Origin: Felis catus
Lineage: Eukaryota
NCBI RefSeq assembly: GCF_018350175.1
Contig: NC_058368.1
Location: 175,772,001-175,836,000, forward strand
DNA length: 64,000 nucleotides
Direction of reading: 5' to 3'
Position numbers and translations under genes: made by a program. This document shows positions 36,011-47,874 of the stretch, in pieces. How positions within the stretch are numbered: position 1 is the stretch's first letter; each line of letters begins with the position of its first letter. The notes beneath the pieces are model-generated. The model did not search any database. It saw only the letters and a list, made by a program, of their open reading frames with translations, and had not been told where the DNA came from.

Positions 36011-38896
36011 AGCAGAGAACAGGAAGCTCAGAAACCAACCCCACCCCCCATCACTTAGCCAGACTCTGCATCATTTATTGAAAGAGAGGGTTTTCTGGGA
36101 GCACCGCGCAGGGGAACATAGTAAGTGCTCATTAAATACTGCTATCACCCCTCGTAGTGGCGGCAGAGTCGCAGAAGCTGTCGGTGATTCATTCAACCAC
36201 GAAACACCCCAGGACACAGAGCAGCCATCATTGCCCCCATTTTACAGATGAAGCCCGGGGTGGGAAGCAACCTGGCCCACGTGGCCCCACAGCCCCGAGG
36301 GTGGCAGAGCCAGAACAAGGGCTTGTCTGCTACGGCAGGTCCCGGGAGCCCAGCCCAAGGCACGGACTTGATCTGGCCAGCAGGCTCCAAGAGACCCGGG
36401 GACAGGGGAGAGAGAGATGGGAGATGTGGGCACAGACACAGCAGGGGCGTGCGAGAGAGGAGGCGGGGGATCTGAGGGGAAGGGGGTCAGAAGCAGGCTC
36501 ACCTGCCGGAGAGGATAGGACAGGCGCAGGAAAGGAAGTGGAGAGAGGCCCTCGGAATTTGAGGGTCTGCAGCCTCCATCCGAGCTCTGGAGTGAAGGCC
36601 GCCTGGGTTCGTCCACCACGTGGACCCCTCAGTAGCTGGGCGACCTTGGGCAAATCCCTCCTCACCCTCGGAGCCTCCACTGTCGTCCTCAGTGAAATGG
36701 GGGAAAGGGCAGTCCGGTCCCTCCTTCACAGGCCGCGGGGGTACGGGGCGGGGGGGGGGGCACGCAGCTCTCAGTCACGGCCTGTCAGACCCAGCGAGAC
36801 GGGTGAGCCTAGGGCAGAGGTGGAGGCCAGACGCCTGTCCTCCTTGGACACGTTCCATGCAGCATGTCGGGAAGGGGGAGCCGGGGGACCTGTCTACCTG
36901 GAAGACAGGGCGGGCGGGGAACACCGTGCATTTTCCTAGACGAAAAGTGTCAGAGGAGACCCTCCCTCACCTTTCAGAGGAGCTAGGTGCTAGGAGCTAG
37001 CCCCAGCTCCGTCGCTCCCTCCCTGTGTGACCACGAGCCAGTCACTGGTCCCCTCTGAACCTCAGTCTCCTTATCTATAAAACTGCTTTGAGGACGACAG
37101 ATAATCTTAAACAGCAACTGTTAATATTAAGTTTACCTGGGGAGGCAAAGTAACAGCGGTGTGGGGGGGGTGGGGAGGAAGCACTAGACCTTCAGAGAGA
37201 TCAGGGCCCAAACCCCAGCTCTCCGAAAAAGCAGTCAAGCAGCCAGAGGCAAGCTTCTCAGCCTCTCTGTGGTGCGAATAACTGCGAAGATGCATGTGAA
37301 GCCCTTAGCACAGTCTAGTAGGTAGTAAGGACTTAAACCATGGTAGCTGCCTGCCTGTTTCCCTCTCAGCCCGAGCCTGATCCGGGCCTGACCTTGCCTT
37401 CTATCTCACCCCGCTTTTGTCCCCAGATTTTCAGCCAAGTGTGGCCTGAAAGCTGTCTTTGTGGGCCAGCCAGCCACCCAGGCCCAACCGCAGCTCGGGA
37501 CTCATCAGTGCCACTACTATAAACAGACAGAAGCATTGTAAGTAAACAACCGCTCCCCAGTGGCCCTGAAGGCCGCTGGCCTCTCGAGAGGGGGTTTGGA
37601 GGGTGGCAGTCTCATTTGATTCAAAGAACACTCAGACCTAAGGGCAGGGTGGGCCGTGAAAGGCTCCCCGGCCCGGCAGAGCCCCAGTGGGGTGCAGAAA
37701 GCCAGAGGGCATCCAGGCGCTGTCCCTGACTTCTGTCTCGCCCACCCTCAGTGGGGCCTTGCCACCCCTGCCCTGGGTCCTTTCTTCTCACTGAGCTGTG
37801 CCCTCCCCGCAGTGAGGAGCTGCCACTCAGGGCACCCGCTCGCCTCATCCCCAGGCGTGACCACACAGCTGTACCCACAGCAGCGCACGCCCCGGGGCAC
37901 CTTACCCACGCCGTCTGAGACCTTCACCGGCCCAAGGCGATGGGTGCCATCACAGGTAAAGAGGCTCCCTGCTGGTAAAACGGCTAGCCCCAAATCATAG
38001 GGCTGGGGTGACACGACTGGAATCGGAATCCACGTCTCGGCTGTCAGCCGTGCTCCACGCTGGAAAATCACTTCTGCCTGCCCTGGAGGCAGTCCTCGAA
38101 GCTTCGAGGGCTCAACCTTACCCTTCTTTCATCAGGGCAAGCGCACACTCGAACGACCACCCCCCCACACACACCCCCGCCAAACAAACAAACAAACAAA
38201 AAAACCCAAGCATGTTTGCTGAATGACTCTACAAATGGACCCAGAAAGCAGGATGCAAACGGCAAAGGTTTCTCCGGGGGAGGGGGGCGGGTTGCTCCGC
38301 ACGCTGTTTCACAAGCACCAATGCATCCCACCCTCAGAACCACCTGAGACGGTTGGGGGGTCTGATTCTCGCTTTACAGCGGAAGAAACGGAGGACAGAG
38401 GACAGAGCTGAAGTGACGGGCCCGAGGCGCACGCTCTTAAGAGGCAGGGCTGAGTGCGTTCCTGGGGCTGGGGTCCTGACGCCTCACTCAGCCCCTCTGT
38501 GCGGTGAGGACCACAGGGTGGCAGGCCCCCTTGGAGGGGACCCCCAGACGCTGTCCCTTCTGGGTGACCAGCGCCCCTGTGGATGTGGCACAGCGCTGGG
38601 GATCATCGTGAGTCTGCTCAGTAAATGGATGCACAGATAAACAGATTACTTCCTGGACTCCTTGGAGTTCTAGAAGCATAGTATACGTGCTAAAAGCATG
38701 GACCCCGAAGCCACACTGCCTGGGTACCTCAGGGTTCTCATCTGTACAACGGGTTATATATATTTATGAATTTATAACTCTATGGCTGTCTCAAATTTGT
38801 TTTTGGAGCAAGTCACGGTTAGGTGTGCCTTTAAAAGTGTGCATTTACTAAGCTGGTATCTGACCACACTGATGTAAGCATTACCTCTTATATCTG

Positions 38897-39133
38897 TTTT
38901 TTTTTTTAATTTTTTTTTCAACGTTTATTTATTTTTGGGAGAGAGACAGAGCATGAACGGGGGAGGGGCAGAGAGAGAGGGAGACACAGAATCGGAAACA
39001 GGCTCCAGGCTCTGAGCCGTCAGCCCAGAGCCTGACGCGGGGCTCAAACTCACGGACCGCGAGATTGCGAGATCGCGAGATCGTGACCTGGCTGAAGTCG
39101 GACGCTTCACCGACTGCGCCACCCAGGCGCCCC
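38897..39133 (-). mobile_element. Young SINEC_Fc-type CanSINE
   Basis: CpG-rich copy with an internal 8-mer triplication at 39059-39082. Confidence 0.94.
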
Positions 39134-40652
39134 AATATATCTGGTTTTATATAAGAGATTGAGTTCAGGCGCTGATCCATACCATTTGTGGGGGAGGGGG
39201 TCCCCAAGTAGTCTTGGCACTTTGAGCCACTTTTCTTTCCTTCTGTTTCAGGCGAAACGACCTGAAGGTGGTAATTTTAAATGCCAAAGCTGCGAATGTT
39301 CTGTGTTGCTAGGGAAAAGCTCAGAGCAAGCTTCTCGGACGCCCCAGGGCCAAGATAAAAATGGAAATGACTAGGGGGTGCTAGAAAAGCGCCTTGCCCA
39401 GAAGGGAGCTTGGAGCTCGGAGCGCGTCAGGGTGTGGAGAACTGTCCCCTCCCGAGAGCCGAGGAAGGGCCTGCAAGGCTTTGCCAAGGGACACGGCGGA
39501 GACCAAAGGCGAACTCCTTCACTCCATACACGTCCCCTGTGCCTCTGGAGCCAGGCCCTGCTGTCACTCACAAAGCGTCACCCCTGTGTTTGGGGAGCTC
39601 ACTTTTCAACACGGTACACAGATGCAGAAATGAGACAGCGTAGCAGGACCTCCCAAGCACGCCACGGCCCTGCTTTCAGTTCCGCACATGGAAGGATGGA
39701 GAAAATGTCCCCCACCAGGACCCACCAGGGAGGACATTTTATTTCTTTGAAAGAAATATTTTGACAGAATGACTGGGATGGTGAGACCCTGAGCTCATGT
39801 TCACATGAAAAGGATACGACTTAACGGTACAGAGACAGGGAGACAAGGAAAGGAATGTGTCTTCTCCCAGGGGAAAGGGGAATAAAGACTAGATAAGAGA
39901 CATGGGAAAGCTGGGGACCCCCGGGATGAAGGGCCAGAGAGAGACAGCCCAGCAGGAGGATGACCAAAGAGAACATGAGAGAAGGGGTTCTTTAGGGCTT
40001 TTTATTGTGGAGAGCACCATGGCATCCCAGGCCTCCGGCCCATGTACCGAATCTTGCATAAGTTTGCACTCACCACTGCTGTCACTGTGTGAGTGGATGA
40101 CTTTGAGAGCTCTCGGAGGGGCTGGGGGCGTTTTGCTTTTGAAGTAACAGCTACCCTATGCCAGGCGTTATTCTACGTACGTGACGCAACTGACACATTT
40201 AATCCTCGTGACAATTTTGTAAGGTTAATCCTATTATCACCCCCATTTTCCAGGGGAGGAAAGTGAGGCACAAAGAGCACAGAGAACCTTCCCCGAGGCT
40301 CATAGTTCCTGGGCAGCAGACCCAGGATCCAGCCCAGGCCAGCCCGGCTTTAGGCCTGGGAAAAAGGACCCCTGTCCCAGGCCACACATTTCAGACGCTC
40401 CTGCTCTGTTCCTCCTCTGACCATGCCTGTCCCCGCAGGGCAAGGACCACGGACGTGCCCACCTGGATCCCATGTTCTTCCCTTCCCCCTACTGTTAGAC
40501 CCACGGCCTGGGTACTCAGTATGCCAGAACTCCCTTCCCAAACGGCTCTGTCAGGTAAGACCGGGGTGACCCTGATCAAAGTATGCTGAAAGGAATGGAC
40601 ACGGGGAGCTCCACAGTGTCCATTCCGGCCGACACGCAGTGAGAAACTCACT

Positions 40653-41270
40653 CTGTCCGTCTGCTCCAGCTGCCATCACAAACTGCCACGGACTGGTGGC
40701 TTAAACAACAGAGATTTATTTTCTCACAGTTCTGGAGGCTGGAAGTCCAAGGTCAGGGTGCCAGCGTGGTCACGTTCTGGGGAGGGCCCTCTTCCCAGTT
40801 TGCAGACAGCCACCTTCTCACTGCGTCCTCACATGGCTTTTTCTCAGTGCTTCACTGAGGAAGACAGACTTCAGACGCCCTGGTGCCTCTTCCTATAAGG
40901 GCCCTAATCCTATCAGATCAGGGCCCTCACTAACCTTAGTCACTTCTACAAAGGCCCTGTCTCCAACGTGTATTTATTTTTGGGACAGAGAGAGACAGAG
41001 CATGAACGGGGGAGGGGCAGAGAGAGAGGGAGACACAGAATCGGAAACAGGCTCCAGGCTCTGAGCCATCAGCCCAGAGCCCGACGCGGGGCTCGAACTC
41101 ACGGACCGCAAGATCGTGACCTGGCTGAAGTCAGACGCTTAACCGACTGCGCCACCCAGGCGCCCCAAAGGCCCTATCTCCAAATACGGTCATGTTGGGG
41201 TTTAGAGCCTCAACGTACGAAATTGGCAGGGGAGGGTGGGAGGGAACAGGGCCAAAACATTCAGTCCATA
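40653..41270 (-). mobile_element. MaLR LTR (MLT1A-like) interrupted by a SINE
   Basis: Contains GGCTTAAACAACAGAGATTTATTTTCTCACAGTTCTGGAGGCTGGAAGTCCAAG and ends CATTCAGTCCATA. Confidence 0.85.
40967..41166 (-). mobile_element. Young SINEC_Fc-type CanSINE lacking a poly(A) tail
   Basis: 17-bp TSD AAAGGCCCT(G/A)TCTCCAA (40950-40966 / 41167-41183). Confidence 0.93.
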
Positions 41271-41788
41271 ATGCTTACCAGGAAAAACACGGGAGTCTCG
41301 GTGGTGGGTGATTCAGGCGCAGCACCCGAAAGCTGGTGGACGCTGCTTGGGGTTTCATTTGGGGGAATAATATCCAAACATGAACCAAGGGACGGGACTC
41401 TGGAGCCTGCGTGTGGAACATCACTGCAGGAACAGCAATACAGAAGAGGAACTTCCTCCCCTCCACAGGGCTGCGCAGGCTGGTGTTCAACGGTGCCACC
41501 TTGTGGCGCAGAGAGGCAAGAGCAAGAAGGGATTTTGACTCTCCAGTTCCCTCTGCATCTGGTATTTCAGAAGCAGGACAACGGAAAGCCCTGGGTTTTC
41601 GGAAAAATCAAAAGCAAGATATTACACTTTTTCACAACAGAGTTTGAGGGGGAGGGAGCATTCAAGTGATTAACTAGAAGAAATATGACTAGATTTGTAC
41701 CCTAAGCTATTGGTATAACTCCTATCGGTTCCACAGGAAATGAATGTATCGGCATAGCTGTTTAGCAGCTTCGTAAAGAAGTTTTGTA

Positions 41789-41992
41789 GGGGCGCCTGGA
41801 TGGCTCAGTCGGTTGAGCGTCTGACTTCGGCTCAGGCCGGGATCTCACAGTTCATGAGTTCGAGCCCCGTGTCGGGCTCTGTGCTGACAGCTCAGAGCCT
41901 GGGGCCTGCTTCCGATTCTGCGTCTCCCTCTCTCTCTGCCCCATCCCCACTCATGTTCTCTTAAAAAAAATAAATAAAACATTAAAAAATAA
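41789..41992 (+). mobile_element. CanSINE
   Basis: Full copy with TSD AAAGAAGTTTTGTA. Confidence 0.93.
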
Positions 41993-42237
41993 AAAGAAGT
42001 TTTGTAGCCATTCAGACTGGCTACTCTTTTAATACATTGACAGCACACAAGAGCATAGGCACAGCTAAATATCCAGAGTGTGTGGTGAGCCTTTAGCGGC
42101 TCTCTCATAAAATAAAATGCTTGAAATGCTTTTTAAAAGCGAAAACCCAAGACAGAGCCATTGTCTAAGGTCTAACCGGGGCAAATCACCATGTTCAGAT
42201 TTGTGCGACCAGGATCCCTAAAAACGGTATCAATCTT

Positions 42238-42432
42238 GGGGCACCTGGGTGGATCAGTCGGTTAAGCGTCTGACTCTTGATTACAACTCAGGTCATGATC
42301 TCATGGTTCGTGAGTTAGAGCCCTGCACGGGGGCTCTGGGCTAACTCAACTTGGGAATCTCTGTCTCCCTCTATCTGTGCCTCTCCCCTGATGATCTCTC
42401 TCTCTCAAAATAAATAAATAAACATTTAAAAA
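42238..42432 (+). mobile_element. Older CanSINE
   Basis: Diverged head, body and AAAT-repeat tail. Confidence 0.87.
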
Positions 42433-42494
42433 ACTGTATCGATGATCTGTTGAAAAGCAGGCTTTAAAAAAAAAAAAAGTAATGGTTTATAACA

Positions 42495-43615
42495 ACAAGA
42501 CACCCCTACATACCTATCAGAATGACCAAAATTCAAAATACTGACCCCAAATGCTGGTGAGGATGTGAAGCGACAGGAACTCTTATTCATTGCTGGTGCG
42601 GTAGCTACTTTGAAAGCCAGTTTGGCTGCTCCTTACAAAACTAAACATAATTTTACCATACAATCCCACGATAGCGCTCCTTAGGTATTTGCCCAAAGGA
42701 GTTGAAACCTTATGTCTACACAAAAACCTACCCGCAGCTGTTTATAGCAGCTTCATTCTTAATTGCCAAACCTTGGGAGCGACCAAGATGTTCCCCAGTA
42801 GGTGGGTGGATAAATAAACAAACTGCGGTGCATCCAGAAACTGGAATATTATTCAGTGCTAAAAAGAAGTGAGCTGTGAAGTCATGAAAAGACATGAAGG
42901 GAACTTAAATGCAGATCACTACATGCAAGAAGCCAATCTGCAAAAGCTACACAGTGTATGATTCTAAGTAGGTGACATTCCGGGCAAGGCAAAACTACGG
43001 AGACCATGAAAAGATCAGAGGTGGGGTGCCTGGGTGGCTCAGTCGGTTGAGCGTCCCACTTCGGCCCAGGTCATGATCTCACGGCTCGGGAGTTCTAGCC
43101 CCGCGTCAGGCTCTGTGCGGACAGCTCGGAGCCTGCAGCCTGCTTCAGATTCTGTGCCTCCCTCTCTCTCTGCCCCAACCCACTCGAATTCTGTCTCTGT
43201 CTCTCTCAAAAATAAATAATCATCAAAAAAAAAAAAAAGAGAGAGAGAGATCAGAGGTTGCCAGGGTTAGGTGTGGGGAGGTGAACAGGCAGAGCACAGA
43301 GGAATTTTAGGGGAGTGAAAATACTCTGTACGATATGATCGTGGCAGATAGGTGCCATTATACTTTGTCCAAACCCACAGAATGCACAAACCAATGGCAA
43401 ACCCTAAAGTAAACTATGGACTTGGGGGGACTGTGATGGGCAGGGCTATCCTTGGTCACAAATGTCCCACTCCGGTGAGTGATTAGTTGATGATGGGTGA
43501 GGCTATGCATGTGTGGGGTCAGAGGATATGTGGGAAATCTCTCTGTCTCTCCCTCTCAATTTTGTTCTGGTCCTGAAACTGCTGTAAAAAATTAAGGTCT
43601 TAAAAAAAAAAAAGT
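42495..43615 (+). mobile_element. Old L1 (L1MC-like) 3' fragment containing a CanSINE at 43023-43248
   Basis: Decayed ORF2 C-terminal region (AAATGCTGGTGAGGATGTG...GGAACTCTTATTCATTGCTGGTG), 3'UTR and A tail. The SINE is flanked by AGATCAGAGG. Confidence 0.85.
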
Positions 43616-45189
43616 AGTAGCAATGTAGAATCGTTGAGTCGTTTTTTTAAGAGTCAAGAGCTGGAGCTCCACGTCAGACGAGGAAACGTATTCTCCACCA
43701 TTCACTCTTTAATTTTGGTAATTAATTCCCTGTTGTGCAAATATCACGTAGACATCATTTCATGTTACCCCTTCCCGCAATTATAGAGACTGAGCAGCAG
43801 AGAGGTTCCAGTGAATTGTCCAAGGTCAAATAGTAAGTAATGATAGATGTAGGAGTCCAACCCTGTTTTGCCACCACTCAGCCTGTCTCTCCGTAAAGAG
43901 GACGTGAAGCCTGCAGCAGGCGTTAGGAAAAGTCTGAAAGTTGATTTCAGATACCTGCTAGGAAGGCAATGGCTCGTCTGACATCTCGATTCGGGATTCA
44001 GGAATGCAGACACAGTACTTAGTCCTAAACCTGTCTACGGACAACCACCAGAGAATACTTTCCGTCCAGTTGCAAGGGATTCGTGCCCAAGACACATGAA
44101 CTCAGCAAGAAACTGCATCGCATGCCTCAGAGTCTGCAGGCAGCCCAAGAACATAGCAACCGAGAATACGATGTCTCCTGTAGCCCCCAGGCCGACGTGT
44201 GGGCGGAGCTCATGGCCTGACTCGGGCAGCACTAAGGAACCATTATGTGACTGTAACAAATGGAAAAATCCATATTTCCTTCTGGAAATAAATCTCAGCC
44301 CTTAGGTGACACCAAGTCCACTGGCAGGGACTCCATGACCTTGGGCAGGCGCTCGCTGAACTCCCTGAGACATTCATAGCATAATCAAAAGGACACACAC
44401 GTCAGTGCCCATAAAGCTTCCCCGGGGTCGGGGAGAGACAAACTTTGGCAACGGTGGCATTTTATTAGATGGCTGCCCCGTACAGTAAAAATAACCTTTG
44501 CATTTGGTAGCCAGATCTTTTTTTTCTTCCAAATTGCTTTTGCCTTTCATTAAACAGCCCAATCCAGAAGAGTCTTTCCTTTCATCACAGAGTGGAAAAA
44601 TTCTCGGTGGCATTCTCCCAGACCTGGGGCCCACCCACTCACGAGTCCCAAGGGCCCCACACGCCCTGATCAGGTGACTCTGGGGCATTCGCTGCACATC
44701 ATCTCAGGAGGTCTACGTACACAGCTCAGTTCTGGCTACTCAAAGATGAGAGGAAGGAGGAGAAACACTTCGGGGACCGACAATTTTGTTGTGGTTTTAT
44801 AACTGACCTTTTTTTTTTTTTTTCTTTTTTAAACAATCTGCCCAGGGAAAAAGACAGAAAACTTTTCCACTATTGCTTGGGCAGCTCATGAATGCGTTAG
44901 GTCAAGACTCCCGGGCATGGCGTCAGCGTGATGGTACAGCGGAGGCAGCCTGGGGCACCGGCGTCAGGAACACACGGCCCCTCTTTCACGGCGTTTGTGA
45001 AGAAGGGAGAGGCCACGCAAGCTCTCCTTCCTCTTGCCCTTCTCCCTGAGTGGCACCAGTTCCTCCTTTTCCCTAAAGGAATCGAAGACCAATTCCACAC
45101 CTGGAGACATGTCTTCCCTGCCCCCCCCCCCACTCTGGTTAATAACAGATTTTAAACGAATGGTTCCAATCTCCTGTGCAGAGTTCCAA

Positions 45190-46105
45190 ATAACCACGTA
45201 GCTACCCTACCTTCGAGGAGGGGGGCCAGAACTCCCTGCCATTTGAAGCATGGGCTGCACGTGGCGACTTCCTGCAAAGAAGAGGTATGGCAACAGGGGG
45301 AAAGGGTGACCTCACGGAGAAGAAACCTGACAAAGCCTACCTTGGCCGGGCGATGAAAGTCAACAGCAACCGTGAGAAGTCACATTGATGGTATGTTCCC
45401 TTGACATGATGTGATGTGAGTGGCATTTTACCTCTGTGGTCTTCCTCCCCAAACCTATAACCTCATTTTTTTTTTTTTAACGTTTATTTTTGAGACAGAG
45501 AGAGACAGAGCATGAACGGGGGAGGGGCAGAGAGAGAGGGAGACACAGAATCGGAAACAGGCCCCAGGCTCCGAGCCATCAGCCCAGAGCCCGACGCGGG
45601 GCTCGAACTCCCGGACCGCGAGATCGTGACCTGGCTGAAGTCGGACGCTCGACCGACTGCGCCACCCAGGCGCCCCTATAACCTCATTTTACTCATGAGA
45701 AAAATAACGGACAAACTCCAGCGAGGGGGGTAGGGGGCATTCTACAAAATGCCTGACCAGTATTCTTTCAACTGTCAAGGTCATCAAAAACCTGATGGAA
45801 AAGGAAAATCTGGGAAACTGTCACGGCCAAGAGGAGCCTGAAATGACATGGTCACTAATTGCCATGCAGAGTCCTGGGTGGGACCCTGGAACAGAAAAAA
45901 AGGATACTAGGGAAAGACCAAAGAAATCTGCATTGCTATTAGTTAATAACAATGTATCGATGCTTGTTCATTAATTGGGACAGATTCACCATGCTAATAT
46001 ATCAATAATAGGGTCAACTGGGCATGAAATATATGAAAACTCTCTGTGTTGCCCTTACAATTTTTCTGTAAATCGAAAACTGAAAATTTAAAGTTTATTT
46101 AAAAA
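45190..46105 (+). mobile_element. Old L1 (L1MC-like) 3'UTR fragment containing a young minus-strand CanSINE at ~45470-45675
   Basis: L1M 3'-end motifs. The SINE has a perfect TSD CCTATAACCTCATTTT. Confidence 0.75.
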
Positions 46106-46316
46106 CAATGAATGGCTTTGGTTTTGCCTCTTGCTCCCCTTGTCTGCCTTCTCCTATGACCTTCTTAGCTGTTCTCACAGTCTACTTGATGTACTTCTGT
46201 GCTTATCAGTTTTGCTTCCTCCCTCTGGAGAGATCTATACAAGTTTAGTCCATCAAGCCAGTCATTGACCCAAAGACGGACACACCAGTATCTCCCAGTC
46301 CTCCTCAGGCATTCTT

Positions 46317-46388
46317 TTTTTTTCAACGTTTTTTTATTTATTTTTTGGGACAGAGAGAGACAGAGCATGAACGGGGGAGGGGCAGAGA
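46317..46388 (-). mobile_element. 5'-truncated young CanSINE (~72 bp)
   Basis: Only the tail and CT segment remain. Perfect 15-bp TSD TCCTCAGGCATTCTT (46302-46316 / 46389-46403). Confidence 0.92.
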
Positions 46389-47249
46389 TCCTCAGGCATT
46401 CTTAAGGGAGCTCCCAAGGGTCTGGGGCCAACACGTTGTTCAATACTTACCGCACAGCTACTAGGCTAAGTCCGATATTCACAGGAGCTGAAATTCTCCA
46501 CTGGTTCCTGTTGGAAGTTATGAGTGATAAATCAATCATCATAATAATGATGCTTATGACTTGTGTGACTTGTGCACTGCCAATATCCTGTGGACCGTTT
46601 CGAAACGCAGATGATACAGAAGCCCTCAGGCCTATTATAAGTCTGCCTAATTTGCCTATTAACACGGAAACAGAATCACACGATATTTGGCCCTTGGTGA
46701 CCAACATAATGCTTTCAGAGTTCATCCATGTTGTCACACCTACCAGGTACTTCTTTTTATTGCCAAATAATATTCCATTGTATGGAGACACCGCATTTTG
46801 TTATCCATTCATCAGTGTATGGACTCTTGGGTTATTCCCACTTTTTCCTATTACGAATAATGCTTCCGTGAACATTCGTGTACTGTACTAGTTTTTGTGG
46901 GGATATATGTTCCCATTTCTCTTGGATACATCCCAGGACTGGAATTGCTGGATCACATGGTAACTCTCAGTTTAACCCTCTGAGGAATTGCCAAGCTGTT
47001 TTCCAAAGTGCTGTGCTATCTCTATTCTCACCAGGTGTCTATGAAGCTTCGAATCTCTCCACCTTCTTTCTAAGACTTGTTCCGATCTACCTCTGATCAT
47101 AGCCATCCTAGCGGGTATAAAGTCACTGGGGCTTTGATTTGCATTTTCCTGATGACTAATGATGTTGAGCATCTTTTCACGTGTTTATTTGGCCACACGC
47201 ACACCTTCTTTGGAAAGCTGCCCATCCAAAATGCTTTGTCCATTTTTTA

Positions 47250-47633
47250 AAAACATTGTTAACGCTTATTTTTATTTTTTATTTTAATTTTCATTTTTTT
47301 TCATTTTTTCATTTTATTTTATTCATATTTTGCTTTCCTAGAAATAAATCTCGGCCCTTAGGTGACACCGAATCCACTGGCGGGGACTCCATGCCCCTGA
47401 ACTAACTCCCTGAGACATTCACTGCATAATCAAAGGGACAGACACTTAAGTGCCCATAATTATCCCGCAAGCGGGGGAGGGTCAGAGAGAGAAGGAAACA
47501 CAGAATCTGAAGCAGGCTCCAGGCTCCGAGCTGTCAGCACAGAGCCCAACGCGGGGCTCGAACCCACAAATCACAAGATCATGGCCTGCGCCAAAATCGG
47601 ACGCTTAACCGACTGAGCCACCCAGGAGTCCCC
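47250..47633 (-). mobile_element. Chimeric CanSINE containing a copy of local unique DNA
   Basis: SINE head and body at 47470-47633, foreign segment at ~47324-47465, T-rich tail, and TSD GCTTTGTCCATTTT. Confidence 0.85.
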
Positions 47634-47874
47634 GCTTTGTCCATTTTGAAACTGGCCTGTCATTTTCTTATTGAGTTGTAATGGTTTATATATTCTAAGT
47701 GTGAAGTCCCTCATCAAACATATGATTTGCAAAATTTTCATCTCGTTCTGTAGGTTGTCTTTTTTATGTTCTTGTTGATGCCACCTGAAGTACAGAAGCT
47801 TTCGGTTTTAACCATGTCCAGTTTATTTGTTGTTGCCTACACTTTTGGCGTCATGTCTAAGAAAGTAGGGTCTA

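Noticed and set aside
35489..36251. ORF with (EEGGEG)n resembling the Glu/Gly repeat of RPGR ORF15
   Set aside because: The similarity is only compositional. All three frames are open because the array is pure purine, and there are no flanking exons or domain.
36157..36939. 260-aa ORF in GC-rich intergenic DNA
   Set aside because: Non-ATG start, overlaps MIR-like fragments, and has no recognisable domain or exon structure.
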